Of a stretch of DNA of 64,000 bases, positions 29,162 through 39,404 are shown piece after piece. Where the stretch lies: positions 1,567,565 through 1,631,564 of the forward strand of contig CAVRAV010000001.1 of the NCBI GenBank assembly GCA_963719165.1, read 5' to 3'. The notes below the pieces were generated by a model. The model did no database searches, had not been told where the DNA came from, and saw only the letters and a program-made list of their open reading frames with translations. Numbering within the stretch: the first letter of the stretch is position 1; every line of letters begins with the position of its first letter. The translations under genes were made by a program, and so were the position numbers. The stretch is from an uncultured Actinomycetes bacterium. GTDB lineage: Bacteria; Actinomycetota; UBA4738; HRBIN12.

Positions 29162-30278
29162 TCAGCCCGCCGTCGCCTCGATGACGTAGTCCTCGGCGTC
29201 CGGGTCCCATGCAAGTGTTACGAGACCTTCGGTCTCCGCGGCCTTGCAGAACTGCAAGAACCCCCGGTACCCGAACTTCTTCTCGCTGAAGTCGGGCTCG
29301 ACCTTGCGCACCTGGTTCTTGAGACCGGACAGCAGCGGAGCGTCACCGTCGGCCTGCAGGTCTGCGACGACCTGCTGCAGTAGCGCGAACGCCTCCGTTT
29401 CCCCTCCGCGCGACGGGAGGGTCACTTCGGGATCACCGTTGGCCGAGCTCTCGCTCAGCTCCACGAGGTTCCGGTCCGCGAGGTGGCGCAGGAGCTCACC
29501 GAACGCGCGGAACCCGAAATCGTCCTCGCTGAAGGTCGGGTCCTTGCGCAACAACGCGCGCTTGATCGAGGACGCGCGGACGGGGCCGTTGGAGGAACGC
29601 TGGAGCCCGGCGAGCGTCTGCGCGATCAAGATCGCGAGCTGATTCACGTCGCCGGGGGATCGCACTCACCTCGTGCTCGTCGTCGTCCATGGCCTCGGGC
29701 GGGGCCTCGACCACGAGTTCGGGCCCGTGGGCACCCCGATCGCCGGAGCCCGAACCGCCGCGTCCCTGACCCCGGCGCCGACGTCCCCCGCCCGCATGAG
29801 CGTCGACGCCGTCGAGCGATTCGTAGAAGAGGAATTCGTCGCAGGCCGGCGGCAGCAGGGCGGAGGTGGAGTCCTTGATCCCCACGCCGATGACGCGCTT
29901 GTCGAGTTCGCGCAGCTTGTGCACGAGCGGCGTGAGGTCGCTGTCGCCGGTGCAGATAACGAACGTGGTGACGAAGTCGCGCTCGAACGCCATCTCGAGC
30001 GCATCCACGGCGAGCTTCACGTCTCCCGCGTTCTTGCGAGACGCGCCCATCCGTTGCGGGATCTCGATCAGCTCCACGTGGTTGCGGGTGAGCATGCGCC
30101 GGTCCTCATCGAAGTACGACCAGTCCGCGTATGCCCTGCGCGCGATCACACGTCCGCGCACCGCGAGCGCGTCGAGGACGGGCCGCAGATCGAACGAAAG
30201 CCCAAGGTTGTCGCGCGCGCCGATCGCGAGGTTCTCGTAGTCCAGGAACAGGGCGATGCGTTCTTCGTCGGTATCCAC
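29162..30278 (-). CDS. NYN (LabA/DUF88) domain protein with C-terminal OST-HTH/LOTUS domains; frameshift in G5 run 29654-29658
   Basis: ALFLDYEN, AYADW, KNAGD..LAVD, GDSD.TPL, CDEF; second frame gives two repeats KDPTFSE.DFGF..F / EPDFSEKKFGY.GF. Confidence 0.88.
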
Positions 30279-30306
30279 GGCGAACACCCTAGCCGGTGCG
30301 GCGGGC

Positions 30307-31161
30307 TCAGGCCGAGCAGGAATCCGATCCGGAATCGCGAACGGTCCCGTTCACGTCGATGAACTTCCACGTGTACGCCGACGGGCTGAGGTCCAGCTGC
30401 ATGACCCCGTACCCCTTGAACCCGGCGTCGGCCTTGCCCGACGGCGTCCCCGCCGAACGCCCGCCCGTGCCCACGATGAGCCGGCGGATGTGGAGGCCCT
30501 TGTAGTTGTCCCACCGCTCATAGGTGTGCTTGTGCCCCGCGAGGATGAGGTCGGCGCCCGACTGCGCGGCCGCCTTCGGGAAGGTTCCCTGCGATGGATG
30601 GTGGTAGAAGACCAGCTCGCAGAGGTGGCCGTCGGCCGCCAGGTCGTTCTTCAACCAGGTGACCTGCGCGGGGCAGCTCGCGAACTTGCAGTTCGAGTTG
30701 AGCGCCACGATGTGCCACGAGCCGAGATCGAAGCTGTAGTAGCCGCGCGTTGGATCTGAGGCGGCCGCTCCGCGTCCCGCGAGCTGCTGAGCGAAATACT
30801 GGAAGTAACCGCTCGCGTTCTTCGTCTCGTATTCATGGTTCCCGAGCGCCGGCGCGGTGATGTTCTTGAACGCGCCCCACGTGGGGTTGTAGGACTTCTG
30901 GAACTGGGCGTACTCCCCCTTCTCGTACTGCGCATCGCCCAGCACCAACACCTCGGCGGGGTGGATGCGATCGGTGATGAGGTCCGCCGTTTGCTTCTGG
31001 TTCTTGCCGACGTGGCCCGACAGCGCGATATCCCCCGCCGCCGCGATGGTAACGGTGGCGCCACGAGGGCGATCGGCACCTCCGGACGCGGGAGGGGCCG
31101 CAGCGGCGAGAACCAGCAGGATCGACAGCGCAGCGGTGAGTGCGATCGGGATCTTCCTCAT
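30307..31161 (-). CDS. Secreted calcineurin-like metallophosphoesterase
   Basis: Signal peptide; AAGDIA, LGDAQY, GNHEY, YHHP, AGHKH.YER, VGTGG. Confidence 0.9.
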   Translation of the reverse strand: MRKIPIALTAALSILLVLAAAAPPASGGADRPRGATVTIAAAGDIALSGHVGKNQKQTADLITDRIHPAEVLVLGDAQYEKGEYAQFQKSYNPTWGAFKNITAPALGNHEYETKNASGYFQYFAQQLAGRGAAASDPTRGYYSFDLGSWHIVALNSNCKFASCPAQVTWLKNDLAADGHLCELVFYHHPSQGTFPKAAAQSGADLILAGHKHTYERWDNYKGLHIRRLIVGTGGRSAGTPSGKADAGFKGYGVMQLDLSPSAYTWKFIDVNGTVRDSGSDSCSA

Positions 31162-31249
31162 GGACGCCGCCTCCCGGCCGCGGGGGACGGCCATCGACCG
31201 CCATCCTATGGCCTAGGCCGGCCGCAAGGGAAGCCCCGAACGGGGGACC

Positions 31250-31501
31250 TTACGCGTCGTCCTCGGCGGCATCGGCCAACATCGTTGCGGCCCCCGCGTC
31301 GCCGATCGCCGTCGCTCCGAGATCCTCCGCCATGGCCTCCTCCACCACGGCCTCGCTCGCCAGCTCCTCGGCGGCGGCCTCGAGCTCCACGGCGGCCTCG
31401 GCCTTGTCCATCGCGTCGGCGTGCAGGGCGTCGGCCACCTCGGCCTCTTCGACAGCGTCCTCCGCGGCGCCGGCAGCGGCATCCATCAGCTCGTCGTCCA
31501 T
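31250..31501 (-). CDS. Very acidic Ala/Asp/Glu-rich small protein (83 aa)
   Basis: GAGGAAGGAG RBS; MDDELMDAAAGAAEDAVEE... Confidence 0.7.
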   Translation of the reverse strand: MDDELMDAAAGAAEDAVEEAEVADALHADAMDKAEAAVELEAAAEELASEAVVEEAMAEDLGATAIGDAGAATMLADAAEDDA

Positions 31502-31658
31502 GACAGCTCCTTCCTCAAGGGTCGAACGTGGCGCGAAGGATAGCGCGGCCCGGAAAAGCTCGCTCGCCTCGTCCTCCGACGCCTCCTCGGACGCCGTCTC
31601 GGTCTCACCGGCGCCGATGTTACAGTCGCCATCAGCGCAAGATCGAGGGGAGCTCATC

Positions 31659-32783
31659 GTGGCCGCCGAGCCGGTGGAGGGCCTGGGCGCCGTGGTCCGA
31701 GCCCGTGGGGAACCACCGCGATTGGCGCCCATCCTCCTCGACCCTCCAGGCCCCGGCGAGGTCCTCGTGCGCTTGGTGGCAAGCGGCATATGTCACAGCG
31801 ACCACTGGGCCATGTTGCACGGCAACTGGGGCGCCCCCTTCCCGATGCTGCTCGGGCACGAGGGCGCCGGTGTCGTGCAACAGGTAGGCCCGGGGGTACG
31901 GGGCCTCGCGCCGGGAACCCGTGTGATCTTGGCGTGGGCCGTGCCGTGCGGGCGCTGTCGCCCGTGCCGCTGCGGCCGGCCGCGCAAGTGCGACCACGCC
32001 TGGGTCCAGCCCCCGCGGTTGCGCCTTTCGGCGAACGGAGAACCCCTGGCCGGAACGCTCTCGTTGGGAACGCTGGCCACGCATACGGTGGTGCACGAAG
32101 CGCAGGCGATCCCGGTCCCCCACGAGGCCGACCTCGCCCGCGTGTGTCTGATCGGTTGCGGAGTCTCCACCGGCGTGGGCGCGGCCGTGAACACCGCGCA
32201 GGTCCGAGCCGGATCGACCGTTGCCGTCATCGGCCTCGGCGGGATCGGCCTCGCGGCGTTGCAGGGCTCCCTGCTCAGCGGCGCCACGCGTGCGATCGCG
32301 GTCGACCTGGTGCGGGGCAAGCTCGATGCGGCGCTCGGCATGGGCGCAACCGACGTGGTCGACGCGTCGGCGACCGATCCCGTATCGGCGGTCCGCGACC
32401 TGACCGATGGCGAGGGCGTCGATCACGCTTTCGAGGCAACGGGGGTGCCCGCGGTGGTGAGCCAGGCCGTATCGATGCTCGCCCGGGGCGGCATCGCCGT
32501 CGCCATCGGGGTGCCACCGCCCTCGAGCGAGGTCACGCTGAACTGGAGCGAGGGCGACCGCGCCGCGTACCCCAGCAAGATCGAGCTTCGCGTCACCGAC
32601 GGCGGCGATCCCCTCGCCGAGGACTTCGCCACGTGGCTGGGATGGACCATGGAGGGCCGCCTCGACCTGGACGCCATGGTGACGCGGGAGCTTCGCCTCA
32701 CCGACGACGATCTCGCAGAGGGCGTGCGGGCGATGCTCGGGGGGGAAGTCGTCCGTTCGGTGGTGCGGATCGCCGCCGGATGA
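31659..32783 (+). CDS. Zn-dependent alcohol dehydrogenase, class III / mycothiol-dependent formaldehyde dehydrogenase-like
   Basis: GICHSD, LLGHEGAG, CGRCRPC..C, IGCGVSTG, GLGGIG. Confidence 0.9.
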   Translation: MAAEPVEGLGAVVRARGEPPRLAPILLDPPGPGEVLVRLVASGICHSDHWAMLHGNWGAPFPMLLGHEGAGVVQQVGPGVRGLAPGTRVILAWAVPCGRCRPCRCGRPRKCDHAWVQPPRLRLSANGEPLAGTLSLGTLATHTVVHEAQAIPVPHEADLARVCLIGCGVSTGVGAAVNTAQVRAGSTVAVIGLGGIGLAALQGSLLSGATRAIAVDLVRGKLDAALGMGATDVVDASATDPVSAVRDLTDGEGVDHAFEATGVPAVVSQAVSMLARGGIAVAIGVPPPSSEVTLNWSEGDRAAYPSKIELRVTDGGDPLAEDFATWLGWTMEGRLDLDAMVTRELRLTDDDLAEGVRAMLGGEVVRSVVRIAAG

Positions 32784-32877
32784 CGGCGCCGCTCGCACGT
32801 GACGCGCATGGGTGGCCGGCGGATGGGCCCGCGCCGGCCTGCTTGACGGGGGCATGCGCCCAGTGGACGCTGGCCGC

Positions 32878-33522
32878 GTGACGACGCCTCGCGTGATGGT
32901 GGGAGAGCCGATCGACCTATGGCTGGACGCCCTGGCCTCGGATCTGGTGGCGCCCGCCGGCGAGGCTTTCGCGGCCCTCGCAGGGGCCGCGGGGGCGGCG
33001 CTCGTGGGCGCGGTCGCACGCCGGACGTTGAAGCGTCTGGGGACCCAACCCGGCGGCGCCCGGATGCTGGAGATCCAGGACGAAGCGGACGCGGGACGCG
33101 GGAGCTTCCTGCAGCTCGCCGACACGAACGCGAATGCCTACGCGTCGTTCCTCGGGATCCTCCGGACGCCGGACGGGCCCGACGGCGACCGGACGGCTCG
33201 TCTCTTACAGCTCCGCGACGCGTTGGAGGCGACCATCGATGGCCAGCTCCAGATCGCGCGCCGTTCCGTCTACCTGCTGGGCCTCGCCGAGGAGGTCACG
33301 CGCCTCGGTGACGCCAACACGGCGGCGGACGGCTTGAGCGCGGCGGCGTCGCTGCACGCCGCGACGTTGGCGGCGCTCGCCGACATCGAGATCAACGCGT
33401 TCGCGATCGGCGAGACGGAGCGCAGGACGGAGCTCGTGCAGACGTGCGCCTCCCTGCGCAAGCGGGCCGGCGACCTCCTCGCGGCCGTCGACGATGCCCG
33501 CGTGAGCACGCAGACTCGATAG
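32878..33522 (+). CDS. Formiminotransferase-cyclodeaminase C-terminal-like (cyclohydrolase) protein, divergent
   Basis: LDALAS...PAG.A.AALAGA.GAAL, D...AY, G..N..AD, IEIN; start approximate. Confidence 0.7.
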   Translation: MTTPRVMVGEPIDLWLDALASDLVAPAGEAFAALAGAAGAALVGAVARRTLKRLGTQPGGARMLEIQDEADAGRGSFLQLADTNANAYASFLGILRTPDGPDGDRTARLLQLRDALEATIDGQLQIARRSVYLLGLAEEVTRLGDANTAADGLSAAASLHAATLAALADIEINAFAIGETERRTELVQTCASLRKRAGDLLAAVDDARVSTQTR

Positions 33523-33528
33523 CGAACC

Positions 33529-34077
33529 TCAGCCCCGGAAGTCATCACGGCGGATCTCGTACCGTACGCCGTGCCACACCTCGTCGCCGTAGACGTGTTC
33601 GAACCGCTCCACGAGTTTCATCCCGACCTTCTCGGCCACCCGGATCGACGGGACGTTCTCCGCGCTGGCGTAGGCGCGCACCACGTCGGCCTCGAGCGTG
33701 CCGAACGCATAGCCGACGAGCGCGCCGACGGCCTCGGTAGCGTATCCACGCCCCTGGAACGCCGGCGACATCGTGTAGCCCACCTTGATCACGTCCGGCT
33801 CGTCTGCGGGGCTCAGGCCGACGTCGCCCACCAGCGTGCCCTTCTCGCGCTCCCGCACCGAGAACTGGACCCATCCGCCGGGCTCGCCGGGAACGCGGCC
33901 GGCCATCTCGACGATCTCCGTGCGGATGCCATCGGGGTCGGTGCGCTCCCAGCCCTGGTACCGGTGGACGTCGGGGTCGCTTCGGTAGGACGAGATGCCC
34001 CCGGCGTCTTCGGGGACGGAGCGGCGAAGGGTTAGGCGCTCCGTCGTGATCTCGTTCGGCTCTGGGTCGGGGTGCAT
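33529..34077 (-). CDS. GNAT acetyltransferase (RimJ/RimL type)
   Basis: TERLTLR, VGYT..PAFQGRGYATEA, ENVPSIRVAEKVGM. Confidence 0.9.
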   Translation of the reverse strand: MHPDPEPNEITTERLTLRRSVPEDAGGISSYRSDPDVHRYQGWERTDPDGIRTEIVEMAGRVPGEPGGWVQFSVREREKGTLVGDVGLSPADEPDVIKVGYTMSPAFQGRGYATEAVGALVGYAFGTLEADVVRAYASAENVPSIRVAEKVGMKLVERFEHVYGDEVWHGVRYEIRRDDFRG

Positions 34078-34161
34078 CGGGGGTGAAGCGTACCCGGGTC
34101 GCGCGCCGTTCCCGGCGGCAGCTCGTTGCCGTTCGCTCGATGCCATCGCTAACGTCCCGAG

Positions 34162-35145
34162 GTGACCAACGCCTCGGACCGTGCGCGCCGGCTCGCAGAT
34201 GAGCTGCTCTTCCCGGCGGCGCTGTCGACCGACGCGGCGGATCTCGTCCCTGTCGGAAACCTCGACGCCCTTGCCGATTCGGGGCTCTACGGGATGGCCG
34301 CGCCGCGCGACGTCGGAGGGCTCGACCTCGACCGCGCGTCGGCGAACGAGGTGATCGAGGCGCTCGCGTCCGGTTGCCTCAGCACCACGTTCGTGTGGAT
34401 CCAGCACCACAACCCCGTGCGCGCGGTGGCGACGGCCCCGCCGGAGGTCCGCGACGCGTGGCTCGAGCCGCTCACACGAGGTGTGGTCCGGGCGGGCATC
34501 GCGCGGGCGGGCGAACGCGCCGGCCCGCCCGTGCTTACGGCCGCGCGCACCGGGGGCGGCCTCGTGTTGAACGGCGAGGCCCCCTGGGTCACGGGATGGG
34601 GCTTGATCGACGTCGTGCTCGTGGCGGCGCGCGACGGCGAAGACGTGGTGCGCATGCTGATGGACGCCGAGGAGGCGGCCACGATCGATGTGGTACGGCA
34701 ACGCACCGTGGCGGCCGACGCCAGCGGCACCGTGACCCTGCGGTTCCACGATCATCCCGTCCCCCTCGAGCGCGTCGTCGAGACCGAACCCCTCGACGCC
34801 GTGCTCGCGCGCGATCCCGAAGGGTTACGCACGAACGGTTCGCTCGCCCTCGGGGTGATCTCGCGTTGCTGCGCGCTCATAGGATCGTCCGCCCTCGACG
34901 TCGAGCTCATCGAAGCGCGCGCGGAACTCGACGCGGGGAGACCCGACTCGCTCCCCGCGGCTCGCGCGCGCGTCGCGGAGCTCGCCCTGCGGGCCGCGGG
35001 CGCTTTGACGGTCACGGAGGGCGGCCGCGGCATCCTGCGGGACCATCACGCACAACGGCTCGCCCGGGAGGCGCTGTTCCTGCTGGTCTTCGGCACGCGG
35101 CCCCCGATCCGCGACGAGCTGCTCTCCCGGCTCACCCGACCCTAG
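34162..35145 (+). CDS. Acyl-CoA dehydrogenase-like flavoprotein
   Basis: GLYGMAAP..VGG, LNGEAPWVTGWG, GGRG....HAQRLAREA. Confidence 0.85.
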   Translation: MTNASDRARRLADELLFPAALSTDAADLVPVGNLDALADSGLYGMAAPRDVGGLDLDRASANEVIEALASGCLSTTFVWIQHHNPVRAVATAPPEVRDAWLEPLTRGVVRAGIARAGERAGPPVLTAARTGGGLVLNGEAPWVTGWGLIDVVLVAARDGEDVVRMLMDAEEAATIDVVRQRTVAADASGTVTLRFHDHPVPLERVVETEPLDAVLARDPEGLRTNGSLALGVISRCCALIGSSALDVELIEARAELDAGRPDSLPAARARVAELALRAAGALTVTEGGRGILRDHHAQRLAREALFLLVFGTRPPIRDELLSRLTRP

Positions 35146-35157
35146 CGAGGCCCGGTC

Positions 35158-36576
35158 TCAGCCGGAGGAGACCAGCGGCGGACGCCGCGCTCCCACGCCG
35201 GTCGCCTCCTCGAAAGCCTCCGCCAACTGCAGCACCCGCAGATCCCCTCCGGGCCGCCCCACGATCTGCACACCCACCGGCAGCCCACCGGTGGTGAACC
35301 CGCAAGGGATCGAGATGGCCGGCGACCCTGTCAAGGTGATGCACCAGCAGCATTGCATCCAGTCCACGTACGTCCGCATGGGGTGACCGTCGATCTCGGT
35401 GGGGTACTCGACCTCCGCATCGAAGGGCGGGACCTGCGCTGCCGGCATGACCAAGGCGTCGAAGCGCTCGAAGAAATCAGCCACGCGCGATCGGATTCCT
35501 GTGTGCAGCCGCTCGGCGTCGGCGAGGTCATCCGAGGTCAGGCGGCGGCCTTCTTCGATGTCCCGCACCACGGTCGCCTTCATCTGTCCGGGATGCTCGT
35601 CCATCAGCGGCCCCAGCGCCCGATAGGCCAGCGCCCGCTTCACGAGGAACACGCGACGGGCGTCGGATAAGTCCGGGAAGGCGGGCTCGGTGCGCCAGCC
35701 TAAGGCCTCGAACACCTCGCGCTGCCCCTCGAGGATGGGTGCGATCTCGGGGTCGACGGGCATCGTGGCTCCGGCCCCCGGCGCCCATGCGATCACGCCC
35801 CGGTCCCCCTTCGGGAGGGGCGGAGCGAAGAGGAATCCCGGTTCGGGAAGCGAGATCGGCACGCGCGGATCAGGGCCAGCCATGACGGACAGGAGCAGCG
35901 CCGCGTCGGCAACCGTGCGCGCCATTGGCCCCTGGACGCCGAGGAGATCGGCCGGGTCGTCGGCCGGCCACACCGGGACACGGCCGGGCGAGGGACGGAA
36001 CCCCACGACGTTGCAGAAGCTGGCGGGGTTCCGCAGCGAGCCGCCGAGGTCGCTGCCGTCGGCGAGCGGAACGAGGCCGCACGCCAACGCGGCGGCGGCC
36101 CCACCGGAGGACCCCCCCGCCGATCTGTCGAGGTCGTACGGGTTCCGCGTCGGCCCGAAGACTGGGTTGAACGTGTGCGAGCCCGCTCCGAACTCCGGCG
36201 TGTTCGTCTTGCCCACGACGATGGCCCCGGCAGAACGCGTCCGCTCGACGAAGAGGGCATCCTGGTCGGGCACGTGATCGGCGAAGATCGGCGACCCCAT
36301 CGTGGTGCGTATCCCGGCGGTGAGCGCGAGGTCCTTGTGGGCGATCGGGAGCCCGTGGAGCGGACCTACCTCCCGGCCGCGGGCGAACGCGTCGTCGGCC
36401 CCACGCGCCGCGGCCTCGGCGCGCTCGGGCACGAGCGTAACGATCGCGTTCACCGCCTCGTTGAAACGCTCGATCTGTTCGAGGTGGGCTGCGAGGACCT
36501 CTCGGGCGGACAGCTCACCCCCGTGGATCCGGCGCGCGAGCTCCGTGGCCGTCATGAAGCACAACGACTCGTCCAT
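35158..36576 (-). CDS. Amidase (amidase signature family)
   Basis: HGLPIAHKD, GKTNTPEF, GGSSGG, GSDLGGSLRNPA. Confidence 0.95.
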   Translation of the reverse strand: MDESLCFMTATELARRIHGGELSAREVLAAHLEQIERFNEAVNAIVTLVPERAEAAARGADDAFARGREVGPLHGLPIAHKDLALTAGIRTTMGSPIFADHVPDQDALFVERTRSAGAIVVGKTNTPEFGAGSHTFNPVFGPTRNPYDLDRSAGGSSGGAAAALACGLVPLADGSDLGGSLRNPASFCNVVGFRPSPGRVPVWPADDPADLLGVQGPMARTVADAALLLSVMAGPDPRVPISLPEPGFLFAPPLPKGDRGVIAWAPGAGATMPVDPEIAPILEGQREVFEALGWRTEPAFPDLSDARRVFLVKRALAYRALGPLMDEHPGQMKATVVRDIEEGRRLTSDDLADAERLHTGIRSRVADFFERFDALVMPAAQVPPFDAEVEYPTEIDGHPMRTYVDWMQCCWCITLTGSPAISIPCGFTTGGLPVGVQIVGRPGGDLRVLQLAEAFEEATGVGARRPPLVSSG

Positions 36577-36621
36577 TCCCTCCCTCCCTCGCACTCAGAC
36601 CGGATGCGCGTTGCGCCCGCC

Positions 36622-37074
36622 TCAGCCGGGCTTGAAGGCCGGGAGGCCGTCGTCCGGGGTCGAGATGATGGGCGCGGCCGAGCCGACGAGCTCTCCCATC
36701 GCCTCGGCGACCAGGTTGAACCCCGCGCGGTCCCAGGAGCCCACGGATCTCAGGACGCTTCCGTCCTCCCCGATCAGGAACAGGGTGGGCACGGAAACGA
36801 TCCCGTACGAATCGGACACCGCGAAGGGAGGCGCGTCCTCGACCGCGCGGATCTCCATCCCGTAGGTTCGGCGGAAGTCCTCCAGGTCCGATGAGTGATC
36901 CTGCCCGACGGCGATCATGCGCCCGGGGAAGGCACGCTCGAACGCGCGCATGGTAGGCGCCGACAATTGGCACGTGGGACACGTGACCTTGAAGAAGAAG
37001 AGGCCCACCGGGCCATCGCCGAACGCAACGCCGGGGACCGCGGGGGCGACGGCGCCGGGCCGTAGCGGCGTCAT
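36622..37074 (-). CDS. Thioredoxin-like / TlpA-type redoxin
   Basis: FFKVTCPTCQ (CxxC), YGIVSVPT cis-Pro, C-terminal FKPG. Confidence 0.82.
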   Translation of the reverse strand: MTPLRPGAVAPAVPGVAFGDGPVGLFFFKVTCPTCQLSAPTMRAFERAFPGRMIAVGQDHSSDLEDFRRTYGMEIRAVEDAPPFAVSDSYGIVSVPTLFLIGEDGSVLRSVGSWDRAGFNLVAEAMGELVGSAAPIISTPDDGLPAFKPG

Positions 37075-37075
37075 C

Positions 37076-37677
37076 TCAGTAGGTGGTCATCACGGCGACC
37101 ACGGTGTCCTTCACCGGGGTCGGACCTCCCGAGATCACCGTGATAGGGCACCGATACCGCAGGCCGGGCGTCTTCGTCACGATGTTGAGCGTGAGCACCA
37201 GGTTCTTCTTCGTGTCCGACCCGGGGACGGCCCACGTGTACGTGCCGCGCGTGAACGCCTTGGTGATGTTCTTGGCGCGCCAATCGGGCACCTTGTGCTT
37301 TCCGATCAACACGGCGTTGATGCGGAAGCGCGGGTTGCCCTTGCAGCCGTGCAGCGTGAACGTGTCGGCGAGCGTTCCGTCGTTCTGCAGCAGGATCCAG
37401 AACCGTACGCCCTCGCCGTCGTCGATGCGCACGCTGACCTTCTGCCTGGCGCCGGTCGTGTTGTAGACGTCGTTCCCGTGCCACGGGTGCGGCAGCGGAT
37501 CGATCGTGCAGCCGGTGCTGAGCCCGCAGAGCTTGATCCGCGCGTCGGGTTGGTAATCGGGCACCGCGGCAGCTCCCCCCTGAGCGTCGGGGCGGGGGTG
37601 AGGCCCGCGGAGGCCGGAGCGGGGATGACGAACAGCGTGGCGCACAGCGCGAGCAGGAGGCCGACCCGTCGTTCCAT
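37076..37677 (-). CDS. Secreted hypothetical protein; frameshift in C6 run 37575-37580
   Basis: Signal peptide MERRVGLLLALCATLFVIPAPASA in one frame; mature domain DYQPDARIK...LQNDG..ADTF in another. Confidence 0.65.
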
Positions 37678-37749
37678 GGGAGCAGTATCGGCCATCGAGG
37701 CCCTCCACGTGAGCCGAACGAGGACCACGCTTCCGCGAGAGGCGCGGCT

Positions 37750-39318
37750 TCAACCGCGCAGCATCCGGTGCAACACGTTGCGGGTCACCCGCTGCAAGGC
37801 CGGCCGGACGTTGTTTCGCGACCCGTCGCTGCTGCCACCCGGGGCGAGCGCCCACGCCCAATCCATGGTGCCCGTGGCGAAGACCAGCGCCCCCGATCGC
37901 GCGCGGTAGATCGACGCATTGTGCGTGTATGCGATCCCCTGGTAGTTCACGAACGGTGAGCTCGCGAGCAGGACTCGCCACGTGGAGTCGGGCGCGGGGT
38001 ACGAGGGATCGAAGGCGTCGATCTCGTATCCCACGAGCTCGCCCTTCACGGGCTTGCCCTCACGCAGTCCGGTGCCGTTGAACGGCCACGTGCCGGTGTT
38101 GATCGGCACCAGATCCTCGCCACCCCAGTCGATGTTGCCCTCGGTGGGGAACTGCAAGCCCGCGAGCTCCTGCTCGGGCCGGCCGAGGGCGCGCCACTTG
38201 ATCGTGCGGCGGGCGGGGTCCTTCACGGGATCGGGCTTGAAGTCCTTGTAGCCCACGACGACGCGATGGGGGGCGCCCGATCGGCCGCGCTGGTATCGCA
38301 CGTGCCAGTAGATCTCGTTGGAGGCGATGAACATCAGGTTGACCCCGGCATCGCGCGCGGCATAGGCGGCGTCATACATCCGCTCCGACCAGTACTCCGA
38401 GTGGCCGGACACGAGCACCACCCGATGCCGCTGGAGCCCCCGCGGATGTGCGTCCACGTCGACGTCGGTCGCGTACGTGATGTCGTAGCCGCGCCGCTCG
38501 AGGTAGGCGATCGTGAAGGGCTCGAAGTCCGTGAGTCCCCCGTTGCCCGGGTTGCCGTACTGGGAGCTGTACGGGCGGTCGAACGAGACCTTCACACCGG
38601 GTTTCCCGTCCCGGTACCTGGAGTTCACGGGGCTGTTGAAGTCGTAGAGGCTCCGGCCCGTGCGCGGGTGGGCGCCCGAGTTCCAACCGGTGCCCGCGGG
38701 CGGATCGTACGGGAAGTTGTTATACGCCTGGTAGGTGTTCACGGGGGACACGTACACGATGTCTGCCGGACGACGGTCTCGGACCGTGAACATGATCTCC
38801 GACTGGAAGCGCGACCGGGTCGTGAGCACGGCGAGGTAGGACCCGGTGGTCCACCACGGGCGGGTCTGCACGCGTAACGAGGTATGCCATGGACACGTGA
38901 CGGTGCCCACCGCGTGGATCGTGATGCACGCCGGCTGCGGCGTCCCCGGGAAGGGACCCATCCGTTCGATGTGGCGTCCACCGTGGCCTTGGTAGTAGCC
39001 CAATCGGTAGACATCGACGGCGTAGGGCTCGCGGATCGCGGTGCTGATCTTCAGACCGATCGCCTTGCCCTGTTGAACACTCACCGACGAGGCGTAACCC
39101 TTGATGTTCATCCGTCGGTCGTCGGTGATCTTGAAGCCCGGCCAGGGGATGTCCCAGCGGTCCGTGCCATGGTGCCGGTTCTCGCGAACGATCGGGTTCG
39201 GGTGAACGCGGGTCGCACGGCGAGTCGTCCCGGCGTTCGTCGTCGCCGCGCTCCCGGTCCCCGCCGACGCAGACACGAGCGCGAGCACCAGCATCGCGAA
39301 CGTCCCTCGACGCCTCAT
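37750..39318 (-). CDS. Secreted N,N-dimethylformamidase beta-subunit-like (DUF6605-type) protein
   Basis: Signal peptide; ENRHHG, YRLGYYQG, NTYQAYN, VSFDRPY, GHSEYWS, GYEID, VFATGT..W. Confidence 0.85.
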   Translation of the reverse strand: MRRRGTFAMLVLALVSASAGTGSAATTNAGTTRRATRVHPNPIVRENRHHGTDRWDIPWPGFKITDDRRMNIKGYASSVSVQQGKAIGLKISTAIREPYAVDVYRLGYYQGHGGRHIERMGPFPGTPQPACITIHAVGTVTCPWHTSLRVQTRPWWTTGSYLAVLTTRSRFQSEIMFTVRDRRPADIVYVSPVNTYQAYNNFPYDPPAGTGWNSGAHPRTGRSLYDFNSPVNSRYRDGKPGVKVSFDRPYSSQYGNPGNGGLTDFEPFTIAYLERRGYDITYATDVDVDAHPRGLQRHRVVLVSGHSEYWSERMYDAAYAARDAGVNLMFIASNEIYWHVRYQRGRSGAPHRVVVGYKDFKPDPVKDPARRTIKWRALGRPEQELAGLQFPTEGNIDWGGEDLVPINTGTWPFNGTGLREGKPVKGELVGYEIDAFDPSYPAPDSTWRVLLASSPFVNYQGIAYTHNASIYRARSGALVFATGTMDWAWALAPGGSSDGSRNNVRPALQRVTRNVLHRMLRG

Positions 39319-39404
39319 GGCGGGGACGCTACCGCTCAGGGCTTCGGCGCCGCAACTCGGGCGTCGGGCGGTCTCGAACCTCGGCCGGGGGCCCGGAACA
39401 CCGT

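Noticed and set aside
26167-29184. 1005-aa plus-strand ORF, and similar long Arg/Pro-rich ORFs such as 12358..15348 and 7255..9756
   Set aside because: Shadow frames of real genes in high-GC DNA; no motifs
36622-36624. TGA after FKPG of the redoxin as selenocysteine readthrough
   Set aside because: Some redoxins do end in a Sec-containing extension, but I could not identify a convincing SECIS or a conserved downstream frame before the amidase start
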